Shown piece by piece: positions 46,820 through 54,858 of a DNA stretch of 64,000 nt. Numbering within the stretch: the stretch's first letter is position 1; the number at the start of each line of letters is the position of its first letter. Source of the stretch: Patescibacteria group bacterium (lineage in GTDB: Bacteria > Patescibacteriota > Minisyncoccia > Phycocordibacterales > Phycocordibacteraceae). Under the pieces are notes generated by a model. It made no database searches. It saw only the letters and a list, made by a program, of their open reading frames with translations, and had not been told where the DNA came from. Both the position numbers and the translations under genes were made by a program. Location of the stretch: assembly GCA_038064695.1 (NCBI GenBank), contig JBBTSO010000004.1, forward strand, positions 114,165-178,164, written 5' to 3'.

Positions 46820-46875
46820 GGTACAATAGAAAAGGAAGTAATGAGATATCAGTAACGAGTAATCAGTAAAAATAA

Positions 46876-47253
46876 ATGAAAAAGTTTTTTAATTATATTT
46901 CGTATCTTGCTGTTTTTGCGCTCGTCTCCATTCCGCGCGTGTCGTACGCTGCAACGTGTGGTGAGGGGAGTGGGGGGCTTCAGAATCCACTCCAGTTCTG
47001 TACATTGACCGACTTCCTCTCCGCACTTCTAGGCGCGGTCATTCAGATCGCGTTTCCTATTATTGTGCTCTTTATTGTGTTCATTGGTTTTAGATTTGTG
47101 CAGGAATCAGCAGCGGGCAACGCGGAAAAAATGAAAGAGCTCCGTGGTTTGTTGTTTTGGGCTATTGTGGGCGCGCTCCTTATTCTTGGTGCGCAGGTCC
47201 TCTCCTACGCCATTGACGCTACGGTGCAGCAGCTAGGAAGTGGAATTCGTTAA
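46876..47253 (+). CDS. TrbC/VirB2-like pilin with signal peptide
   Basis: LQNPL, two TM helices joined by GNAEKMKELR, WAIVG. Confidence 0.75.
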   Translation: MKKFFNYISYLAVFALVSIPRVSYAATCGEGSGGLQNPLQFCTLTDFLSALLGAVIQIAFPIIVLFIVFIGFRFVQESAAGNAEKMKELRGLLFWAIVGALLILGAQVLSYAIDATVQQLGSGIR

Positions 47254-47268
47254 TATATAACGGGAGGT

Positions 47269-47700
47269 ATGACACTGACTGACATCATCAATATCATTAC
47301 CAATCTCGCGCAGCTTGTTGTTCCTATTTTAGTGGCACTTGCGCTCCTATTTTTCCTGTGGGGTCTCGCTACTTTTATTTTGAATGCAGGCGAAACTGAT
47401 AAGCAAAAAGTGGGGAAGGATCGTATGCTCTGGGGGCTCGTCGCGCTTTTCTTCATTATTTCCATTGGTGGGTTGTTGGTTATTCTTCAAGGAACCTTTT
47501 TCCCTGACCAGGGGCTCCATAACACCCCTTCAGGGTTCACCGCTAACCAATTTCCAACTTCAGGTGGTGCAGGCGGGGGAGGCGGAGAGGGTAGTTTGCT
47601 TGACGGTGGCTCAGCAGATAGACCATTTCGATTTGGTGGGTTTGCCTGCTTTTTTGGGAACTGCGAAGGAGAAACTGAAGGATTCCGACGTATACGGTAG
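47269..47700 (+). CDS. TrbC/VirB2-like pilin with Gly-rich tail
   Basis: FFLWGL..FILNAG..DKQKVGKDRMLWGL. Confidence 0.75.
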   Translation: MTLTDIINIITNLAQLVVPILVALALLFFLWGLATFILNAGETDKQKVGKDRMLWGLVALFFIISIGGLLVILQGTFFPDQGLHNTPSGFTANQFPTSGGAGGGGGEGSLLDGGSADRPFRFGGFACFFGNCEGETEGFRRIR

Positions 47701-47802
47701 TTTTTTAGTATCCACACCCAACTTTTTGGTGTCTTGTGGGTGTGTGTAGAGTGATATACTGGAAGGGTAGTATTAATAAATTATTGAAACTCTCGTACAA
47801 TT

Positions 47803-48108
47803 ATGGACGGTATTGAAAACATTTTAAGAATTATCGGCGAATTAATTAACCTTGCTACGCCGATTGTTGTCGCGCTCGCGCTTCTCTACTTCTTTTGGGG
47901 TCTTGCCAGTTACATTTTGAAGGCAGGTGAAGAGGATGGAAGAAAGAAGGCAAAAGACACCATGATCTGGGGTATTCTTGCTCTTTTCGTGATGGTTTCG
48001 GTATGGGGCATTATCAACGTCGTTCGTGATACGTTTGAAATTGATAATAACAACCAGATTGACATCCCTATTGTTGATATAGATCAGAGTGGCGGTTCTG
48101 CACGTTAG
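47803..48108 (+). CDS. TrbC/VirB2-like pilin
   Basis: YFFWGL..YILKAG..RKKAKDTMIWGI. Confidence 0.8.
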   Translation: MDGIENILRIIGELINLATPIVVALALLYFFWGLASYILKAGEEDGRKKAKDTMIWGILALFVMVSVWGIINVVRDTFEIDNNNQIDIPIVDIDQSGGSAR

Positions 48109-48331
48109 TGTGAAAGAAGAACGCGAACCACATACTTCGCCCGTAAAACCCGCGGACGCGCTTGGAACTCTCTCCAATCGCACGCGGGTTTCGCGTTACT
48201 CGGGATTGTTAGTTGCCGTGGTCGGTTTTTTCGTCATCGCCTTTTTTATTGGCTTGCTCTTTCGGTTTGTGTTTGACGAGTCAAACACACCCGACATTCC
48301 CACTGTTGATTTAAAGCAGGACTCGTTTTAA
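48089..48331 (+). CDS. Small single-TM protein, possible pilin remnant; start uncertain
   Basis: C-terminal DIPTVDL resembles DIPIVDI of the upstream pilin. Confidence 0.45.
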   Translation: MAVLHVSVKEEREPHTSPVKPADALGTLSNRTRVSRYSGLLVAVVGFFVIAFFIGLLFRFVFDESNTPDIPTVDLKQDSF

Positions 48332-48346
48332 GGGTATACTTTTAGT

Positions 48347-48592
48347 ATGAATAATTTTGATATTTTTGTCGGGAACCTCGTTGAGTTCCTTATTCAACCA
48401 CTCATCAACTTACTTTTCGCGCTCGCGTTAGTGTACTTTTTATGGGGGCTTACTATGTTTATTTTAAACGCGGGTGACCCTGAAGGTCAGAAAAAAGGAA
48501 AGACCGCGCTCATTTGGGGGATTATCGGGCTTTTCATTATGACTTCGGTCTTAGGCATTCTTGCCGTTGCTCAAAATACGTTTGGGATTTAA
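48347..48592 (+). CDS. TrbC/VirB2-like pilin
   Basis: YFLWGL..FILNAGDPEGQKKGKTALIWGI. Confidence 0.8.
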   Translation: MNNFDIFVGNLVEFLIQPLINLLFALALVYFLWGLTMFILNAGDPEGQKKGKTALIWGIIGLFIMTSVLGILAVAQNTFGI

Positions 48593-48638
48593 ACCAGTTC
48601 GTGCAGAGACAATTTTTTTCTGGTATTGTAGGAAAACT

Positions 48639-48723
48639 GCTGGGATGGCGAAATTGGTAGACGCACTTGCCTTAGGAGCAAGCGGGGTGACCCATGGAGG
48701 TTCGAGTCCTCTTCCCAGCACCA
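48639..48723 (+). tRNA. tRNA-Leu(TAG) with encoded CCA
   Basis: CTTGC-CT TAG GA-GCAAG, variable arm. Confidence 0.95.
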
Positions 48724-48762
48724 GTTCAAAAATTAAGAATAATTTGTTACAGTGGGGAGCAT

Positions 48763-48835
48763 CCGCCCTTAGCTCAGTTGGTAGAGCAACTCCCTCTTAA
48801 GGAGATGGTCCTTGGTTCAAATCCAAGAGGGCGGA
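48763..48835 (+). tRNA. tRNA-Lys(CTT)
   Basis: CTCC-CT CTT AA-GGAG, GTTCAAATCC. Confidence 0.92.
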
Positions 48836-48952
48836 CAGCGAATCGAAACAAAACCCCTACGGGCTTTTTTCGTTTACGTTGTCCGGGTCGAAAAGGTGGT
48901 ACGTTTCGAGTGCAACTCTTTACTTTGACACTTTTTCTATACTAACCTGCAC

Positions 48953-49255
48953 ATGGCAGAAATCGCAGCGGCAGAGTCATCATTAATCCCCGGTTGGGTG
49001 CTACCATCGGGAATCGCGGTTGCCCTCCTTATTGGAATTTTCAAAATGACTGTTGAAGGTGATATCGATATTGATTCAGATAGTAAAAATGAAGACACAG
49101 AAGAAGAAAGTAAAGAATGTGAAAATTGCGGTGGCAGTAGGTTTGTGACCTGCGGTAGGTGTGAAGGTGATGGAGATGATCCTGAATTTTTTAATGAAGA
49201 GTGTTGGTGGTGTGATGGTAGTGGAAAAGTACCTTGTTGGGAATGTAATTCATAA
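48953..49255 (+). CDS. Membrane-anchored DnaJ-type zinc-finger protein
   Basis: TM helix, acidic linker, CENCGGS, CGRCEGDG, CWWCDGSG, CWEC. Confidence 0.7.
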   Translation: MAEIAAAESSLIPGWVLPSGIAVALLIGIFKMTVEGDIDIDSDSKNEDTEEESKECENCGGSRFVTCGRCEGDGDDPEFFNEECWWCDGSGKVPCWECNS

Positions 49256-49326
49256 CAACTCCAACATTACCCCACGGGGCGGGCATTCTTTGTTGTTCTC
49301 TTATATCGTAGTATCCTTTATAAATC

Positions 49327-49398
49327 GGCCACGTCGTCAAGTGGTAAGACAAGGGACTGCAAATCCCTTATACGCGAGTTCGATTCTCGCCGTGGCCT
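49327..49398 (+). tRNA. tRNA-Cys(GCA)
   Basis: AGGGA-CT GCA AA-TCCCT. Confidence 0.95.
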
Positions 49399-49496
49399 CA
49401 AGTATGGTAAAAATAAGAAATCGCTCGGGTAAGCAGAGCTTGCCCGAGCGTCGCTCGGAGACAGTGCATATATAATATTCACTGTCCTCCTCACTC

Positions 49497-49580
49497 GCCC
49501 GGGTGGCGAAATTGGTAGACGCGCAAGACTTAAAATTTTGTAACCGAAAGGTTATGCGGGTTCGATTCCCGCCCCGGGCA
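49497..49580 (+). tRNA. tRNA-Leu(TAA)
   Basis: CAAGA-CT TAA AA-TTTTG, variable arm. Confidence 0.94.
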
Positions 49581-49693
49581 CTTTTTAAATAATCTAGAAT
49601 TCTAGATTATTTTGGCAAGGGAATCAGATAGAGTGAGTGCGCGCAACGACCCGGCTCTGAGTCGGAGCGAAGAGGATTCCCGCCCCGGGCACT
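49564..49693 (+). repeat. 19-bp direct repeat of the tRNA-Leu(TAA) 3' end bracketing a ~92-bp structured insert
   Basis: GATTCCCGCCCCGGGCACT at 49564-49582 and 49675-49693. Confidence 0.8.
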
Positions 49694-50006
49694 ACTTTTT
49701 CTCTGTTGTTTCAACCGGCTCTATGGTCCCCCCGACCACAGGGTCGGCAAGGAAGGTAACGTGGGGGAGTGCGCGTACACGGAGGCGTGATTTTAAGTAA
49801 TCGCTAAAGTTACTGCGTTGTCGGTTCAAAAAGTCAGTCGCCGCGTGCGTTTCTTTTTCTGGGAAAACACTCACAAAAATGTCGGCGCGCATACCCCTGC
49901 GATCCAATACCACCTTGGTCACCGTAATCATAGACCGACGGTTACTTTCTCGGTTTATAAATTCAGACGCTGCTTGCTGAAGTGCCTCAATAAGTCGTTC
50001 CCTCAT
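49692..50006 (-). CDS. rbfA: Ribosome-binding factor A
   Basis: ITVTKV...ADIFVSV...RALPHVTF; downstream of infB. Confidence 0.85.
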   Translation of the reverse strand: MRERLIEALQQAASEFINRESNRRSMITVTKVVLDRRGMRADIFVSVFPEKETHAATDFLNRQRSNFSDYLKSRLRVRALPHVTFLADPVVGGTIEPVETTEKK

Positions 50007-51485
50007 TTACATACTTCGAATTTCTATTTGATCGCCACCAATAATGTCTGCCTTTGTTTCTATCTGCGCGCCAAATTCTTTTCCCTCTGAGAGTGAATCT
50101 ACATCTGCGCGTTGTGCCTGCAAGTTAGTTATTTTGCCGTTGGCCACTTCAATGCCGCGACGAATAATGGTGACGGTAGCGTTACGTTTTATAATTCCCA
50201 TTTCTACTTTACCTCCCACGACGTGTTTATTGCCTGTAGTTGAAAAATGTTTAAGAATTTTTGCGCGCCCTTCAATGGTTGCCACGGTGGGAGCGGGAGC
50301 ACGGGTTGCGACTTGTTTTTCCAACCACTCGGTGAGTTCGTAAATAATAGAACGAGTTTCAATGACGACGCCTTGTCGGTCGGCGAGGTCTTTGGCAGAC
50401 GCATCCACCTTCACATTGAAGCCAAGAATAATAGCGTCGGGGAAGCCAATTAAGAGCTTCACATCATTTTCTGAAACTGCGCCAACGGTTTTTTGAACCA
50501 CCACCAGCTGTGCGTTCTCACCGGAAATTTTCTTTAATTCAAATTCAAGCGCCTCAATAGAACCAAGAGTGTCGGCCTTGAGCACCAACCGAATTGGTTT
50601 TTTACTTTCATCGTATACCTCCTGTTCACGAAGTGGTGCTTCGCCGAGTTTTGCCATACTCTCGGCTTCTTTTTTCGTCGCAACGACGCGTAGCTCGCTT
50701 CCCACCCGTGGTTCTTTAGAAAAACCAGTAATACGTGCCGGTTTACCACACGCAAGCGCTTTTACCTTTTCTCCAAGTGCGTTTTCAACGATACGGAGCG
50801 GAGCCCACGCATCGTCAGCAACGGCGAATGATCCGACCTCTAAAGTTCCTTCACGCACAATAACCGTTGCAGAAACACCAGCGCGTGGGTCGCGAGAGGA
50901 CTCAATCACGATAGCGCGAGCACTGGCGGATGAATCGCAGGTTATTTCCTCTAGGTCAGCAACGAGGGCAATGAGGTCAAGAAGCTCTGACACACCCTCG
51001 CCTTTCTTTGAAGAGACACCCACCCATGGCACGGTGCCCCCAAGCCCTTCAAGGTAGATTCCTTCTTTCAATACGCTCTCTTTTGCGCGGTCAATGTTCG
51101 CGGTGTCTTTGTCTATTTTGGTGAAGGCGACAATATAGGGAATTCCTGCGGCAGTTATTGCATTCCACGCTTCTTTCGTTTGGGGTTTTACCCCGTCGTC
51201 CGCGGCAATAACTAAAATAGCAATGTCAGCTGCGGAGGCACCACGGCGGCGCATTTCCTGAAACGCCTCGTGTCCAGGGGTGTCTATGAAAGTAATGGGG
51301 CGCGTGACGCCCTCATTGGTTGTGTGTTCAATTTCATACGCCGAAATACGCTGGGTGATGCCACCCACTTCACGGTCGGCAACCTTACTTTTGCGGATGT
51401 AGTCCAAAAGGGAAGTCTTGCCGTGGTCAATGTGGCCGACGACCGCCACGACGGGCTGGGAGTGAGATTTACTAGGAGTTGTCAT
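50007..51485 (-). CDS. infB: Translation initiation factor IF-2 (short form)
   Basis: GHIDHGKTSLLD, GGITQ, DTPGHEAF, TKID, LKADTLGSIEAL. Confidence 0.96.
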   Translation of the reverse strand: MTTPSKSHSQPVVAVVGHIDHGKTSLLDYIRKSKVADREVGGITQRISAYEIEHTTNEGVTRPITFIDTPGHEAFQEMRRRGASAADIAILVIAADDGVKPQTKEAWNAITAAGIPYIVAFTKIDKDTANIDRAKESVLKEGIYLEGLGGTVPWVGVSSKKGEGVSELLDLIALVADLEEITCDSSASARAIVIESSRDPRAGVSATVIVREGTLEVGSFAVADDAWAPLRIVENALGEKVKALACGKPARITGFSKEPRVGSELRVVATKKEAESMAKLGEAPLREQEVYDESKKPIRLVLKADTLGSIEALEFELKKISGENAQLVVVQKTVGAVSENDVKLLIGFPDAIILGFNVKVDASAKDLADRQGVVIETRSIIYELTEWLEKQVATRAPAPTVATIEGRAKILKHFSTTGNKHVVGGKVEMGIIKRNATVTIIRRGIEVANGKITNLQAQRADVDSLSEGKEFGAQIETKADIIGGDQIEIRSM

Positions 51486-51553
51486 ACGTCCTTATAGGAA
51501 ACCACAAAAAACCCTTTAAATCAATGTTCTTTTTCAGATGCCTTGAAAAATAC

Positions 51554-51582
51554 TTGACAAAATGTTTAATTTAGTTTAATAT
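51554..51582 (+). promoter_or_regulatory. Sigma70-like promoter
   Basis: TTGACA (51554), 17 bp, TAATAT (51577). Confidence 0.6.
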
Positions 51583-51619
51583 TAAATAGTACGTTTTAAA
51601 AATTAAATTATAAAAAGAT

Positions 51620-52042
51620 ATGGAATTTAAACTAGGATCATTTGTAGGAACAGCAGGATCGGCTCTTGCATACTATTCAGCGGATATACTCGGTAAGCAA
51701 CACAATGTTTCTAATAATGAAATGTTAGGTGTTCTTTACGAAAAATTACATCCCGGAGTTGAACCAACCTCAGATGCACTTTCAGATCTTGAATATGTTA
51801 TTCAAAATAGTTTAGGAAGGGAAGAAGCACTTTTTTCTGAACAGTACGATGAAATTCGTGCAGCACTCGTTGGACTTGGCTATGCTACTGACGCAGAATC
51901 AGCTCTCGCTTCAAATTCAATTCTTTCGGAGCTTAATTTGGAAGATTTTTTTGAAAGTGCTTCTTACGGTGCGTTAGGTGCAGCAGGAGTTGCGGCCATT
52001 AGCTTTGTTGCTGGTTTATTTGACAGACGTGAACGTTGGTAA
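51620..52042 (+). CDS. Orphan membrane protein
   Basis: 140 aa, hydrophobic Gly/Ala ends, acidic core, own promoter and terminator. Confidence 0.65.
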   Translation: MEFKLGSFVGTAGSALAYYSADILGKQHNVSNNEMLGVLYEKLHPGVEPTSDALSDLEYVIQNSLGREEALFSEQYDEIRAALVGLGYATDAESALASNSILSELNLEDFFESASYGALGAAGVAAISFVAGLFDRRERW

Positions 52043-52062
52043 TTGCTAAAAATCACCAATAG

Positions 52063-52090
52063 AAAAACCCTCGCTTAGGCGAGGGTTTTT
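52063..52090. terminator. Bidirectional terminator
   Basis: aaaaaccctcgc-ttag-gcgagggtttttt. Confidence 0.75.
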
Positions 52091-52569
52091 TGTGAGTGGG
52101 CGACTGCCTTTGCTTCTTCTTCCGAAAGTTCACGCTCTGACTTAAATTGTTTTATTTCTTTTGCGTAGACACGAACGCCGTCACGAGAATGGATACCGGA
52201 GAGAACCACACCATCGCCTTTTTCATTTAAGAGCGCTGTCGCAAAACTTTGTTGTCCCGAGTTTCCAAACGGGTCAAAACGTTCAACCGCAACGCCTCGT
52301 ACTGCGCCCTGAAGGCGCTCGTCAACATTTTCCAGTGCTACTTCAGTTGTTTTAGCGTGAGTTTCAAGCGCCGTTGTTCGGTCGCCTAATTTTTTTATGG
52401 TTCCTTCTAGTGTTTTTCCGTCACCGCCCTTGGTGAGTTTGGTGAGTCGGCGAGAGAGGAGCGATGTGCGAATGAGCGAGTAGAGAAGAAGCACCGCGAG
52501 CCCTGAAAGAATAGGTTCGTAGCGGATGAGGTTGAGCACCATCAGTGTGTATTCAGAAACTATCTCCAT
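52075..52569 (-). CDS. DUF4446-like membrane protein
   Basis: TM helix, coiled coil, RFDPFG..QSFATALL..GVVLSGIHSRD..VYAK..LSEEE. Confidence 0.75.
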   Translation of the reverse strand: MEIVSEYTLMVLNLIRYEPILSGLAVLLLYSLIRTSLLSRRLTKLTKGGDGKTLEGTIKKLGDRTTALETHAKTTEVALENVDERLQGAVRGVAVERFDPFGNSGQQSFATALLNEKGDGVVLSGIHSRDGVRVYAKEIKQFKSERELSEEEAKAVAHSQKTLA

Positions 52570-52599
52570 AGATATATAATAACAGGGAAGCAAGAAGTG

Positions 52600-52668
52600 T
52601 TTAGTTGATGGTGGATAGTTTCTAGCCAGAGGATGCTAACCACTAACCACTAACCACTAGCAACTAAC
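52600..52668. repeat. TAG-rich heptamer array (inverted pair)
   Basis: ctaacca ctaacca ctaacca ctagcaa ctaac abutting the ATG at 52669. Confidence 0.75.
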
Positions 52669-53880
52669 ATGCTATTCAAAAAACACCTCTATATGGACTA
52701 TGCGTCTTCCACTCCACTGACGAGGGAAGTGCGTCGCGCTATGCGCCGCGCGCTGTCTGCGTACGGGAACCCCTCGGCGCCCCACGAAGAGGGGCGCCGA
52801 GCAAAGAAGCTCATCGAAGACGCGCGTGCAGCCATTGCACGAGCGCTCACCGTGCGACCCGAAACAGTGTATTTCACTGGGAGTGGTACGGAGTCAAATG
52901 GAATGGCCATTTTTGGATTTATTGAAGCACTCGTTGAACGAGGAGCCACTTATTCCGATCTTCACATAGTTGTTTCTGAATTTGAGCATCCGTCAGTGTT
53001 GGAACCTATCGCGTACTTTATTAAAAAAGGAGTCGCCGTGTCCTATGTTCGCCCCACTGAGGACGGCATTATAACTCCCGAGGCAGTACATGCAGAAATT
53101 AAACCGGAAACAGTGTTCGTTTCCGTGGTTTCCGTGCAGAGCGAATTAGGCCAGATACAACCACTCAAAGACATTTCTCGTATTGTTGAAAAAATTCAAG
53201 GTGCGCGCACTCAAAAAAATCAACATCGTGTGCCCGAATGTCCGCTTCCCATTCTTCACACCGACGCAAGTCAGGGTTTGATGTACGTTGATGTATCGCC
53301 TGAGCGACTCGGAGTAGACATGGCGAGTTATGACGCGCAAAAAATAGGTGGACCAAAAGGAGTGGGGGTGCTCTACAAACACTCACGCGTTCCCTTGGTT
53401 CCGCTTATTCGTGGAGGGTCGCAAGAAAGAAAGTTGCGCGCGGGTACTGAAAATGTAGTGGGGATTGTGGGAATGGCGGTTGCGTTTGTGGGCGCAGAGC
53501 AGGGAAGAAAAGAGCGTAGCGCGCGCGTGAGTGCCGTGCGAGAGTACATGCGCGCATTGCTCCAAAAAATAGTGCCCGATGTAGAAGTGAATGGAGGAAT
53601 GAAGCATCGCATTGCGAACAATCTTCACGTTTCTGTACCCGCATCTGACGGAGATTATCTCGCGGTACTCATGGATCGTGAGGGAGTTTCGGTTTCGCCC
53701 CGCTCTGCCTGCATCGCTTCAGGCACTTCTTCAAAAGCGGTATCACTGCTTGGAAAAAGTGAAGAGGCCGCGCGAGGCACGCTCCGCTTTACCTTTTCTC
53801 CCCACGTGAGCAAACGTGATGTGCGTAGGGCAGTACGCGCGCTGGCACGCGCCCGGAGAATTATTGACACAAAAAAGTAG
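52669..53880 (+). CDS. Cysteine desulfurase (IscS/NifS family)
   Basis: YMDYASSTP, GNPS, SGTES, EHPSV, HTDASQ, QKIGGPKG, RAGTEN, SAC. Confidence 0.9.
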   Translation: MLFKKHLYMDYASSTPLTREVRRAMRRALSAYGNPSAPHEEGRRAKKLIEDARAAIARALTVRPETVYFTGSGTESNGMAIFGFIEALVERGATYSDLHIVVSEFEHPSVLEPIAYFIKKGVAVSYVRPTEDGIITPEAVHAEIKPETVFVSVVSVQSELGQIQPLKDISRIVEKIQGARTQKNQHRVPECPLPILHTDASQGLMYVDVSPERLGVDMASYDAQKIGGPKGVGVLYKHSRVPLVPLIRGGSQERKLRAGTENVVGIVGMAVAFVGAEQGRKERSARVSAVREYMRALLQKIVPDVEVNGGMKHRIANNLHVSVPASDGDYLAVLMDREGVSVSPRSACIASGTSSKAVSLLGKSEEAARGTLRFTFSPHVSKRDVRRAVRALARARRIIDTKK

Positions 53881-53967
53881 TGTTGTATAATTAAACCCTA
53901 GTAAGGATGTGCAGAACATCCAGTCTCTCTTATAGAGAGATACGATACAATATAAACAAGCGTTGTT

Positions 53968-54798
53968 ATGGAAATTGAAGAACTAACTAAATCACAAATT
54001 ATTCTCCTCGTGCTCTTGGTGTCTTTCGTGACCTCAATTGCAACCGGCATTGTTACCGTGTCGCTTTTGGCGCAAGCTCCCCCGGCTATTACGCAAACCG
54101 TAAACCGTGTTATTGAGCGTACCGTGGAAACGGTGGTGCCGGCTGAGAACCAAACCGCAGCGGTGGTCACCAAAGAAACTACCGTCGTGGTTAAAGAAGA
54201 CGACCTCATCACTCAATCAATTACCAACTCTTTTGGTATAGTTGCGCGTATTCACGAAACAACCTCTACCTCATCGCCCATCCTTGCGCTTGGTGCGGTA
54301 GTGGGACAGGGTACATTGGTAACTGACGCGTCTATGGTTTCAGGCGAACACGCGGTGGTAATCGGCGGTGATACGTTTCGCTTCGTTGTGTCTGCAAAAA
54401 TTCCTGAGGCGGGGATCGCGCTTTTAACGGCAACGGGAACGGTGCCAAGCGTCTCTTCGTTCAAGTCAGTTGACGCGGGTTCTATAAAACTGGGACAAAC
54501 ACTGATTGGACTCTATGGCGCACGCAGTGATCGGGTGGCTATGAGCACGCTTTCAGGTGTGGGTGAGTTGGTGAAGGTGGGGAAAGGAGACGCGGCCAGT
54601 TCAGTGCGCGCCCTTGCAACAACCGTTGATGCCACCCTAACCCCCGGTACGCCACTCATTACTATTTTCGGAGAACTTGCGGGAATTTCAACAAATGTTT
54701 CAAGAAGTGATAGCCGCGGCTCTTTTGTTGCGTATAGCGACATCGCGAGCTACCTTTCAAAACCGGTCGCACCAACCGCTACCACTACACCACAATAA
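53968..54798 (+). CDS. Membrane-anchored trypsin/HtrA-like fold protein, probably inactive
   Basis: N-terminal TM; LVTDAS, GIALL, PGTPLITIFGELAGI align to HtrA motifs but lack His/Asp/Ser. Confidence 0.6.
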   Translation: MEIEELTKSQIILLVLLVSFVTSIATGIVTVSLLAQAPPAITQTVNRVIERTVETVVPAENQTAAVVTKETTVVVKEDDLITQSITNSFGIVARIHETTSTSSPILALGAVVGQGTLVTDASMVSGEHAVVIGGDTFRFVVSAKIPEAGIALLTATGTVPSVSSFKSVDAGSIKLGQTLIGLYGARSDRVAMSTLSGVGELVKVGKGDAASSVRALATTVDATLTPGTPLITIFGELAGISTNVSRSDSRGSFVAYSDIASYLSKPVAPTATTTPQ

Positions 54799-54858
54799 GA
54801 AATAAAAATGTGGTGTAGTTTTTTTCACAATTAATTTGTTTTGGTATACACTGGATGT

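Noticed and set aside
48763-48835. Possible suppressor tRNA (TTA read from CTCTTAA)
   Set aside because: The 7-nt loop CT-CTT-AA centres on CTT, giving ordinary tRNA-Lys
34755-52668. CRISPR array interpretation of the repeats
   Set aside because: No constant repeat with unique spacers and no cas genes in the window
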